Positions 10,445-18,713 of a stretch of 64,000 nt of DNA are shown in pieces. Below the pieces are notes generated by a model. The model did not search any database and was not told the DNA's origin. It worked only from the letters and a program-made list of their open reading frames with translations. The position numbers and the translations under genes are program-made. Within the stretch, counting starts at the first letter, position 1. Every line of letters starts with the position of its first letter. The stretch is taken from the NCBI GenBank assembly GCA_964576975.1, contig CAZNWM010000002.1, positions 3,811-67,810 on the forward strand. The letters are read 5' to 3'. The DNA comes from an uncultured Candidatus Planktophila sp. GTDB lineage: Bacteria; Actinomycetota; Actinomycetes; Nanopelagicales; Nanopelagicaceae.

Positions 10445-11876
10445 GAGTTACTCCTTTGAGATAAGCAGTCAGACCATGGCGACCGCCTTCACGCCCCCAA
10501 CCAGACTCTTTGTATCCACCAAATGGACTTGTTGGATCAAATTTATTGAATGTATTTGTCCAGATAACACCAGCCTTTAACTTCTGTGCTGCCCAGAGAG
10601 TCTTAGATCCCTTATCGCTCCAGACACCAGCTGATAATCCAAAGGGAGTGTTATTTGCTTTATCGATACCCTCTTGTGGAGTGCGAAATGTTAAAACAGA
10701 TAGAACTGGTCCAAAGATTTCCTCGCGTGCGATTCTGTGAGATTGAGTAACGCCAGTAAAGATCGTTGGAGCAAACCAGAAACCCTTATCTGGCATTGAA
10801 CACTGTGGACTCCAACGCTCTGCACCTTCGGCGTCGCCGGCAAGTGATAACTCTTTGATTTTCTCTAATTGAGAACGTGAATTAATTGCGCCCAAATCTG
10901 TGTTCTTATCTAAAGGATCTCCCACGCGAATTTTTTCCATGCGCTTCTGTAACTTCTTAATGAACTCATTAGAGATGCTCTCTTGAATAATAAGTCTTGA
11001 CCCCGCGCAGCAGACGTGACCTTGGTTAAAGAAAATTCCATTAACGATTCCTTCTACGCTCTCATCAATAGCAGCATCTTCAAAGACGATATTTGCTGCT
11101 TTACCACCAAGTTCGAGAGTCACACTCTTTGATGTTCCTGCAACTGATTCAGCGATGATTTTTCCAACTTCAGTCGAACCGGTAAATGCAATTTTGTTAA
11201 TGCCAGGATGATTCACAATCAGAGCACCAGTTGATCCATCGCCGGTAACAATGTTTACAACTCCTGCAGGTAATCCTGCTTGCTCACATACTTCTGCGAA
11301 TAGCAGTGCGGTCAGGGGCGTGGTTTCAGCAGGTTTAAGTACAACTGTGTTGCCGGTGGCAAGGGCGGGAGCCACTTTCCACGCCAACATCAAAAGTGGA
11401 AAATTCCAAGGAATAATCTGTCCTACAACTCCGTGAGGTTTTGCTTTAGTTCCAACACCGGCAAATTCGAGTTTGTCTGCCCAGCCCGCGTGATAAAAAA
11501 AGTGCGCAGCAGCAAGTGGAACATCAACATCACGTGATTCTCTAATCGGTTTTCCATTGTCTAAACTTTCAAGGACTGCAAATTCGCGCGCACGTTCTTG
11601 CAGAATTCGAGCTATGCGAAAAAGGTACTTTCCACGTTCGCGCCCTGAAAGTTTGGACCAATGTATATCCAAAGCTTTCTTGGCAGCCTTAACTGCTGCA
11701 TCAATATCTTTTTTGCTGCCGAGTGCAATAGAACTAAGGACTTCTTCGGTGGCAGGGTTAATTGTTGGGAAGTGCTTTTCGCCTGCAACGAATTTTCCAC
11801 CGATGTAATGCCCGTACTTGGGCTTGATGGAGACGCTGGCGCGAGATTCAGGCGCCGGTGCATATTCGAAAGTCAT
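10437..11876 (-). CDS. Aldehyde dehydrogenase (full length)
   Basis: IIPWNFP, KPAE, FTGST, LELGGKA, GHVCCAGSR (catalytic Cys), EEIFGP and PFGGYKESG. Confidence 0.95.
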   Translation of the reverse strand: MTFEYAPAPESRASVSIKPKYGHYIGGKFVAGEKHFPTINPATEEVLSSIALGSKKDIDAAVKAAKKALDIHWSKLSGRERGKYLFRIARILQERAREFAVLESLDNGKPIRESRDVDVPLAAAHFFYHAGWADKLEFAGVGTKAKPHGVVGQIIPWNFPLLMLAWKVAPALATGNTVVLKPAETTPLTALLFAEVCEQAGLPAGVVNIVTGDGSTGALIVNHPGINKIAFTGSTEVGKIIAESVAGTSKSVTLELGGKAANIVFEDAAIDESVEGIVNGIFFNQGHVCCAGSRLIIQESISNEFIKKLQKRMEKIRVGDPLDKNTDLGAINSRSQLEKIKELSLAGDAEGAERWSPQCSMPDKGFWFAPTIFTGVTQSHRIAREEIFGPVLSVLTFRTPQEGIDKANNTPFGLSAGVWSDKGSKTLWAAQKLKAGVIWTNTFNKFDPTSPFGGYKESGWGREGGRHGLTAYLKGVTHE

Positions 11877-11889
11877 GCGAAATTCTCCA

Positions 11890-12846
11890 TTAATCGATAG
11901 TCACGTACTGAGGACTAGCGTAGTAGCCATCATCCATTTTCATGCGTTGCATCAATAAATCATTAAGAAGTGCGCTGGCGCCAATTCTAAAAAGAGATGG
12001 AGTTAGCCACTCTGGACCCGCAGTCTCATTAACCAATACCAATTGCTTGATTGCATCCTTGGTGTTGCGAATTCCGCCCGCAGGTTTTACGCCAATGCGC
12101 ACGCCTGCCATTTCATAGAAATCACGAACAGCCTCAAGCATGACAAGTACGACAGGGGGAGTAGCTGCAGGCGCAACTTTGCCTGTTGAAGTTTTGATGA
12201 AATCCGCTCCGGCTAGCATCGCTAAATAAGAAGCCTTTCGAACGTTGTCATAAGTAACCAATTCGCCAGTTTCAAAGATAACTTTTAGGTGGGCTTTTTC
12301 CCCACAAATCTCTTTAATCGCAACTATTTCATTAAACACTTCTATGTAATTGCCCGATAAAAAAGCACCGCGATCGATAACCATATCAATTTCGCCAGCA
12401 CCGGCATCTAAAGCATCTTGTGTATCTTGAATCTTAACTTTCATTGACGCACGACCAGATGGAAATGCAGTTGAAACAGCGGCAACTGGCACGTGCGCGC
12501 CACCGATTGCATCTAAATGTTTTCTGGCAACTGAAACCATGTCGTTGTACACGCAGACTGCACCAACACTTGGAACACTTAAATCAGTGGGATCTGGTCG
12601 AACCGCTTTCGAACACAGTGCCTGAACTTTTCCTACGGTGTCAGCTCCTTCAAGCGTTGTTAAGTCCACCATTGTGATTGCAGTATCAATAGCCCATCTC
12701 TTACTTGTGGTTTTTATGCTTCTAGTAGCAAGCATCGCAGCGCGAGCATCTGCACCAACTGCGTCGACACCAGGTAGTTTATTTAGAAACTCTTTTAAAG
12801 ATGAATCAGAACCATCAATGAGGCCGTAGTACTTCATGCACCTCAT
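11890..12846 (-). CDS. deoC: Deoxyribose-phosphate aldolase
   Basis: DLTTLEG, EIDMVI, LKVIFETGEL, FIKTSTGK and GVKPAGGIR. Exact start uncertain (12846 or 12837). Confidence 0.95.
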   Translation of the reverse strand: MRCMKYYGLIDGSDSSLKEFLNKLPGVDAVGADARAAMLATRSIKTTSKRWAIDTAITMVDLTTLEGADTVGKVQALCSKAVRPDPTDLSVPSVGAVCVYNDMVSVARKHLDAIGGAHVPVAAVSTAFPSGRASMKVKIQDTQDALDAGAGEIDMVIDRGAFLSGNYIEVFNEIVAIKEICGEKAHLKVIFETGELVTYDNVRKASYLAMLAGADFIKTSTGKVAPAATPPVVLVMLEAVRDFYEMAGVRIGVKPAGGIRNTKDAIKQLVLVNETAGPEWLTPSLFRIGASALLNDLLMQRMKMDDGYYASPQYVTID

Positions 12847-12874
12847 CCATTCCCGCTTGATTGAAGCATCTGAA

Positions 12875-14491
12875 CTAAGAGAGTAATTCTCTCAGTGAAG
12901 GGCGTAATTGTTCAAGTAGGGACATTGCAATGGTTTTTTCAGAGTTAACTACTTCTATGTAGCACTTGATCTTCGGCTCAGTACCGCTTGGGCGGATGAT
13001 AATTCGAATGTTCTGTTCTAGCGTGAATCGAAGTCCATCTGTTGGGGGCAAAGAATTTGCAGGCTTTGCTAAATCATCCATTGATGCAACCTTAAATCCA
13101 GCAATTTCCAAGAGTGGATTTGTGCGTAATTTATTCATAATGGTCGAGATAAGAGCAATGTCAGTCACACGAATAGAAATCTGTTCTGTTGCGTGAAAAC
13201 CATAGGTATCCCAGATTTCATCTAGTAAATCAATGAGAGTCTTTCCCTCACTCTTTAGATCAGTTGCAATTTGAGAGAGCAATAATGCCGCAGATATACC
13301 ATCTTTATCATTAACTGTATGTGAATCAACACAGAATCCAATTGCTTCTTCATATCCAAAAATCAGGTTAGGAATCTTGGCAATGTACTTAAAGCCGGTG
13401 AGCGTTTCTACAAAATCTAAATTGTGAGCAGTAGCGATTTTAGACAGAACTGAAGATGAAACTATTGAGTTTGCCAGAGTTCCAGATTGTGTACTTTTTG
13501 CGATAACTTCACCAAGAATTGCGCCAACTTCATCTCCACGAAGCGCTCTCCACCCGAGATCACGATCTTTAATTGCCACCGAGCAACGGTCAGCATCAGG
13601 ATCGTTTGCAATCACCAAATCTGCATCAAAAGTTTTTGCTGTTTCAAGCGCCAGGTCGAGTGCTCCTGACTCTTCGGGATTAGGAAATGGCAATGTTGGA
13701 AAATCAGGATCTGGTTGCGCTTGAGATTGAACAAGAATTAGGGATGGAAAACCTGCGCGATGAAAAACACGTTGCAAAGTTTTGGTGCCAACACCATGCA
13801 TAGCTGTGTAAACAATCTTTAGGTCACCTGGTCGTGGCGCTAGAACTTTTGTTCGATCGATGTATTTTTCGACAATATCTTCATCAAGAATCTGCCAGCT
13901 CGAACTTCGTGTCACTTCTTTGAGTGATTTAATGCTCTTAATGTGAGCTGACATTTGTTTATCCGCAGGAGAAATTATCTGAGAGCCGCGGTAAGTAACT
14001 CCATCAACTTCGCCACCCAAATAAACTTTGTAGCCATTATCGCTTCCAGGATTGTGGCTAGCGGTGACCATAATTCCAACGTCTGCACCCAATTCATTTA
14101 CTGCAAAAGCGAGTACGGGTGTTGGCAAAGGGCGTGGCAACACTGAAACATTAAGACCAGCACCACTAAAAATCTCAGCACTTATGCGTTCAAAAACTTC
14201 TGATCCATGTCTAGCATCGCGCCCAATCACAACGGATGTAAGTGCACGCTCTTTCATGTATTTAACAATTCCAGCTGCAGTTTTTCCCACAACGGCTTGA
14301 TTCATGCATGAAGGACCAGGTCCAAGTGGACCCCGCAAACCAGCAGTGCCGAACTCCAGGAACCCTGCGAAAAATTTACGTAGAGTTACTTCATCTGCTG
14401 CTTCAATGAGTGCGTTTAACTCTGCAACTGTTTTTGGATCTGGATCATCTTCAATCCATGCACGAACTTCGGCGAGAAGATTTGAATCCAT
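12875..14491 (-). CDS. Phospho-sugar mutase (alpha-D-phosphohexomutase family), probable phosphopentomutase
   Basis: FGTAGLRG, TASHNP (phospho-Ser), DPDADR, GYEEAIG and RPSGTEPKIK; lies between PNP and deoC. Confidence 0.88.
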   Translation of the reverse strand: MDSNLLAEVRAWIEDDPDPKTVAELNALIEAADEVTLRKFFAGFLEFGTAGLRGPLGPGPSCMNQAVVGKTAAGIVKYMKERALTSVVIGRDARHGSEVFERISAEIFSGAGLNVSVLPRPLPTPVLAFAVNELGADVGIMVTASHNPGSDNGYKVYLGGEVDGVTYRGSQIISPADKQMSAHIKSIKSLKEVTRSSSWQILDEDIVEKYIDRTKVLAPRPGDLKIVYTAMHGVGTKTLQRVFHRAGFPSLILVQSQAQPDPDFPTLPFPNPEESGALDLALETAKTFDADLVIANDPDADRCSVAIKDRDLGWRALRGDEVGAILGEVIAKSTQSGTLANSIVSSSVLSKIATAHNLDFVETLTGFKYIAKIPNLIFGYEEAIGFCVDSHTVNDKDGISAALLLSQIATDLKSEGKTLIDLLDEIWDTYGFHATEQISIRVTDIALISTIMNKLRTNPLLEIAGFKVASMDDLAKPANSLPPTDGLRFTLEQNIRIIIRPSGTEPKIKCYIEVVNSEKTIAMSLLEQLRPSLRELLS

Positions 14492-14495
14492 AAAC

Positions 14496-15326
14496 CTAGA
14501 GTAACTTCGGAATTACTTCCTTGAGAAGAGTTCCCATGCGAGTTGCTGCGGCTTTTCCAGCGGCAATAACTTCTTCGTGATTGAGTTTTTCTCCTGTTAC
14601 ACCTGCAGCAGCATTTGTTACTAGGGAGATTCCAAGAACTTCTGCACCTAATGCGTGCGCTGCGATTGCTTCTGGAACTGTAGACATTCCAACTAAATCT
14701 GCGCCCATAGCTCTCATCATCAGAATCTCAGCAGGCGTTTCATATGTTGGTCCGCGCCAATGGACGTAGACACCTTCTGCTAGTGATGAATCTGCGCTCT
14801 TCACAATAGATCTGATGCGCTTGCTGTATAGATCAGTTAAATCAACAAAGTGCGCCCCGATTAGTGGTGATGTTGCAGTGAGAGAAATATGGTCACGAAT
14901 CAAAACTGGTTGACCGACCGAATAATCTTTATTAATTCCGCCACATGCATTTGTAAGAATAACCACTTTGCAACCAGATTTAACGGCAGTTCTGACGCCA
15001 TGAACAACAGGTTCGATTCCTTTGCCTTCATATAAATGTGTACGTCCAAGAAAAACAAGTGCCCGTAAAACTTTGTCCCCACTCTTTATGGAATAGGAAC
15101 GAATCTTTCCTGAGTGACCTTCGACAGCAGGTGGAAGAAATCCAGTGATTTCATCAGCGTTGCATTCGTAATCTGGCGTACCGAGTGCTGAAACTGCATC
15201 GACCCATCCAGAACCCATAACTAATGCGATGTCATGAGAAATTACGCCTGTGCGTTTGGCAATATCAGCCGCGGCTTGTTCGGCAGCCTTCAATGGATCG
15301 CTATAGAGCAGTTGGTCACTTGTCAT
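14496..15326 (-). CDS. punA: Purine-nucleoside phosphorylase (trimeric PNP-I type)
   Basis: VMGSG, GRTHLYEG, LTNACGG, GPTYETPAE, GMSTVPE and SLVTN. Confidence 0.93.
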   Translation of the reverse strand: MTSDQLLYSDPLKAAEQAAADIAKRTGVISHDIALVMGSGWVDAVSALGTPDYECNADEITGFLPPAVEGHSGKIRSYSIKSGDKVLRALVFLGRTHLYEGKGIEPVVHGVRTAVKSGCKVVILTNACGGINKDYSVGQPVLIRDHISLTATSPLIGAHFVDLTDLYSKRIRSIVKSADSSLAEGVYVHWRGPTYETPAEILMMRAMGADLVGMSTVPEAIAAHALGAEVLGISLVTNAAAGVTGEKLNHEEVIAAGKAAATRMGTLLKEVIPKLL

Positions 15327-15352
15327 GTGTCAATAATGTCACAAAGCGCATT

Positions 15353-15955
15353 TCATTTCATTAACTTCACTTCTGGCCAGCTATATCCAAGTTGATTCAT
15401 CGCGCTACGAAGAAAAGGCATTGAGATACCAACAACATTTGTGTAGTCACCTTCGATAGTTGGAATGAAAGGGGAGCTGTAACCATCGAGAGTAAAGCCA
15501 CCCGCTACGTGGAGAGGTTCACCAGAATTAATGTAATCATCTATTTCAGCATCTGACATATCTGCAAAAGTGACTTTCGTAGTTATTCGATCACTTATCT
15601 CTCGCCCTTGGCTTGTATCGATCACACAATGACCCGTATGCAAATATCCGGATTTTCCTCGAACTCTTTGGGCCCGCTGCCTAGCAACGTGTGCAACACC
15701 GGGCTTGCCGAGTGATTCACCTTCGAATTCAAAGGTTGAGTCGCAACCAATAATGATTGCTGGAAAATCGATTTGTTCACGAATTGTGTGCGCTTTAGTG
15801 ATTGCCAATGCAATAACCATGTCTTGAGGTGCCATGGCATTAAAGAAATCCGTTTCCTCATCAACATGACTCACCATGATTTGTGGAAACAGCCCAGCAG
15901 ACTCCAAGAGTCTGCGTCTAGAAGTTGATTGAGAAGCAAGAATAATTTTTGGCAT
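15353..15955 (-). CDS. maf: Maf-family nucleoside triphosphate pyrophosphatase
   Basis: ILASQSTSRR, GCDS, GKP, AGGFTLDG and NVVG. Confidence 0.9.
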   Translation of the reverse strand: MPKIILASQSTSRRRLLESAGLFPQIMVSHVDEETDFFNAMAPQDMVIALAITKAHTIREQIDFPAIIIGCDSTFEFEGESLGKPGVAHVARQRAQRVRGKSGYLHTGHCVIDTSQGREISDRITTKVTFADMSDAEIDDYINSGEPLHVAGGFTLDGYSSPFIPTIEGDYTNVVGISMPFLRSAMNQLGYSWPEVKLMK

Positions 15956-16023
15956 TTAGTTATCTTGCCCTGAATCACGGTCCATACCCGTACGGTACTA
16001 GTGGAGGGTATTGAATTACGTCA

Positions 16024-16986
16024 GTGGCGAGCCAAGCCGCCAATAAGATAACTTCTGTGAAATCTGAATACCCAGTCGTTGGCGTAATTGGCGCAGGCCA
16101 ACTCGCACGAATGATGATTGGGCCAGCAACAGCGTTGGGCATTAAGTTAATTCCGTTCGCATCAAGTAACGAAGATAGCGCTGCACAAGTAACGCATTGC
16201 GTGATTGGTGATTACAAAGATCTTGAAGCAGTAAAGAAATTCGCACAACAGTGCGATGTTGTCACCTTCGAGCACGAACTAGTTCCCTTAAGCATCATAA
16301 AAGCCTTAGAAGTATCTGGCGTAAGAGTCCGTCCAGGATCTGAAACTCTCGAGCATTCACGCCAGAAAAAGAACACCGCAGATTCAATAGATTTTGATTA
16401 CGAAATTGCTGTACTCGTTGCCCGTTCGCCACACGCTCAAGCAACTACTTGGGCACCAACACACGTAGTTAAGAGTGACGGAGTATGCACGATGACAATT
16501 ACTCCGGTACCTCACATGAGCACTCAGATGAACGAACAGGCACAAAAAATTGCACTAGATACTGCTGCGAAAGTAAAACTGATTGGCGTAATGGAAGTTC
16601 AGATTCTTGTAAAAAATGAAGAATTACTTGTGAATAAACTTGTCATGCACCCAAGTACTTCAGGTTATTGGAGTATTGACGCTTCACGAACGAGCCAATT
16701 CGAACAGCATCTTCGTGCAATTCTTGATCTTCCACTCGGCGATCCATCCATGACAAATGACTTCGCCGTAATGGGAAACATTGTCGGAAAGAATAAGACC
16801 GATATGTATCGCCCATACCTTCACTTAATGGCGCGAAACCCTTCGCTCAAGTTTCATATGTATTCAAAGCACGTACGTCCAGGTCTTGAGGTTGGTCACA
16901 TCAACGCTTTTGGAAAAGACCTTGCAGAATTGCAATCAGAAATAGAGCACGCTGTTGATTACATGAGTGGAGAAATTGATGAATGA
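16024..16986 (+). CDS. purK: PurK (N5-CAIR synthase) homolog with internal deletion of the ATP-grasp B domain and altered catalytic motifs
   Basis: IGAGQLARMM, TFEHE, ARSPH, SQFEQHLRAILDLPLG and actinobacterial C-terminus DMYRPYLHLMAR. The K-x-x-R-G-G-Y-D-G-K-G segment is absent. Function doubtful. Confidence 0.8.
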   Translation: MASQAANKITSVKSEYPVVGVIGAGQLARMMIGPATALGIKLIPFASSNEDSAAQVTHCVIGDYKDLEAVKKFAQQCDVVTFEHELVPLSIIKALEVSGVRVRPGSETLEHSRQKKNTADSIDFDYEIAVLVARSPHAQATTWAPTHVVKSDGVCTMTITPVPHMSTQMNEQAQKIALDTAAKVKLIGVMEVQILVKNEELLVNKLVMHPSTSGYWSIDASRTSQFEQHLRAILDLPLGDPSMTNDFAVMGNIVGKNKTDMYRPYLHLMARNPSLKFHMYSKHVRPGLEVGHINAFGKDLAELQSEIEHAVDYMSGEIDE

Positions 16987-16998
16987 TGCCGAAAAGAA

Positions 16999-17394
16999 TT
17001 ACTTTTTGCGGTACTCAATCGCAGGACACCTATCCATAATTGCTGTTAAACCAGCAGCCTCTGCCTTCGCAACTGACTCTGCATCAATTACTCCAAGCTG
17101 AAGCCAGATAGCTTTGGCGCCGAGTGCGATAGCAACGTCGACTTGAGGGGCTACAAGCTCTGAATTAATAAAGAAATCAACCACATCAACCTTTACTGGA
17201 ATTTCTTCAAGTGTTGCGTACCCTTTTTCACCATGCACAGTTTCGGCCTTAGGGTGAACCGGAATAATCGTGTGACCCTTTTGCTTTAGAAGCGCTGCTA
17301 CCGAATAAGCCGCACGATCAGGGTTATTACTGAGTCCTAAAATTGCCCACGTTTTGTACTGAAGTACCCGATTGATTTCTTCTTGCGTGTTAAT
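16999..17394 (-). CDS. CoA-binding protein (YccU-like)
   Basis: The frame stays open upstream of the 79-aa track ORF: INTQEEINRVLQYKTWAILGLSNNPDRAAY...IIPVHP...WLQLG...MDRCP. The only start-like codon before the domain is ATT at 17394. Confidence 0.85.
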   Translation of the reverse strand: MNTQEEINRVLQYKTWAILGLSNNPDRAAYSVAALLKQKGHTIIPVHPKAETVHGEKGYATLEEIPVKVDVVDFFINSELVAPQVDVAIALGAKAIWLQLGVIDAESVAKAEAAGLTAIMDRCPAIEYRKK

Positions 17395-18700
17395 CGGTCC
17401 GACCTAACGCATGAAATTTCCATCCAGAAGCTCGCCACTTATCGCGGTCCAGTGCATTTCTGCCATCAATAACAATTTTTTTACGGACAAGTGATGCCAG
17501 TGCTTTTGGATCTAATTCGCGATATTCGCGCCATTCGGTCAGGTGCAGAATCAAATCTGAATCCTTCACACACTCTTCAACACTTACCGCAAAGCCAAGC
17601 TTTGGGAAACGCTTACGAGCATTCTCGATTGCTTTTGGATCGTGAACAACAACTGCAGCACCTGCCGCCTGTAATTGTGCGGCGATATCTAACGCTGGAG
17701 AATCTCGAACATCATCGCTATCTGGTTTAAATGCAGCACCGAGTACGGCAATCTTGTATGAAGTGAGATCTTCTGTGAGTTCAGCGCGAACAACATCAAT
17801 TACTCGCTGACGGGCTCGCAAGTTAATCGCATCGATTTCCCGCAAAAATTCGAGAGCCTGCTTAGCGCCTAACTCTTCTGCGCGAGCCATAAATGCACGG
17901 ATATCTTTTGGAAGACATCCACCACCAAAGCCAATACCTGCTTGCAAGAAACGGTTTCCGATTCTTGGGTCATAACCAATTGCCTTAGCAAGCACGGTTA
18001 CATCACCACCGGCTGCTTCACACACTTCAGCCATCGCATTGATAAATGAAATTTTGGTTGCAAGGAAGGAGTTTGCAGCAACCTTGACTAACTCTGATGT
18101 TGGAAGATCTGCTCTAATCCATGGCGTACCTAGATCAATAACTGGCTTATAAACCTCTTTAAGAACATCTTCTGCACGATCATTGGCAACTCCGACAACT
18201 AAACGATTTGGAGTTAGCGTGTCTTCAACAGCGAAACCTTCTCGCAAAAACTCTGGATTCCAAGCCAAATCTGATTGTGGCGCACTCTGCGCTAATTGAT
18301 CGCGCAATCCTTGTGCAGTTCCAACTGGAACTGTTGATTTTCCAACTACTAGTGAACCCTTTTTCAAATAGGGAGCGATTGCTGCGACTGCTGATTTAAC
18401 GTAGGTAAGGTCTGCTGCTAATCCATCTTTGCTCTGTGGTGTTCCTACGCAAATAAAGTGAACATCGGCATCTGCAACAGCCGAGAAATCAGTTGTGAAT
18501 GTGAGGCGACCCGTTTTTATCTCGCTTGCAAGTAAAGAATCAAGTCCAGGTTCATAGAAAGGCAACTCACCTTTTGAGAGTAACGCGATCTTTTCAGGAT
18601 CTGTATCAACCCCGATAACTTCAAATCCCAAGGAAGACATACAAGCGGCGTGTGTAGCTCCTAAATAACCACAACCAACAACTGAGAGCTTTAGCGCCAT
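17390..18700 (-). CDS. ugd: UDP-glucose 6-dehydrogenase
   Basis: VVGCGYLG, FICVGTP, KSTVPVGT, NPEFLREG, GFGGGCLPKD and FKPDSDDVRDSP. Confidence 0.93.
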   Translation of the reverse strand: MALKLSVVGCGYLGATHAACMSSLGFEVIGVDTDPEKIALLSKGELPFYEPGLDSLLASEIKTGRLTFTTDFSAVADADVHFICVGTPQSKDGLAADLTYVKSAVAAIAPYLKKGSLVVGKSTVPVGTAQGLRDQLAQSAPQSDLAWNPEFLREGFAVEDTLTPNRLVVGVANDRAEDVLKEVYKPVIDLGTPWIRADLPTSELVKVAANSFLATKISFINAMAEVCEAAGGDVTVLAKAIGYDPRIGNRFLQAGIGFGGGCLPKDIRAFMARAEELGAKQALEFLREIDAINLRARQRVIDVVRAELTEDLTSYKIAVLGAAFKPDSDDVRDSPALDIAAQLQAAGAAVVVHDPKAIENARKRFPKLGFAVSVEECVKDSDLILHLTEWREYRELDPKALASLVRKKIVIDGRNALDRDKWRASGWKFHALGRTD

Positions 18701-18707
18701 AGTGAGA

Positions 18708-18713
18708 ATCCTA
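18708..18713 (-). promoter_or_regulatory. Probable leaderless -10 box for ugd
   Basis: TAGGAT (minus strand) lies 7 nt before the ugd ATG; its TAG is also the LCP stop codon. Confidence 0.5.

Noticed and set aside
16011-16046. 11-codon TTG-initiated uORF overlapping the purK start
   Set aside because: GGAGG is only 3 nt from the TTG and the peptide has no telling composition.
16024-16986. Calling purK a pseudogene
   Set aside because: There is no stop or frameshift, the deletion is in frame and the flanking domains are well preserved, so it is kept as a CDS of doubtful function.
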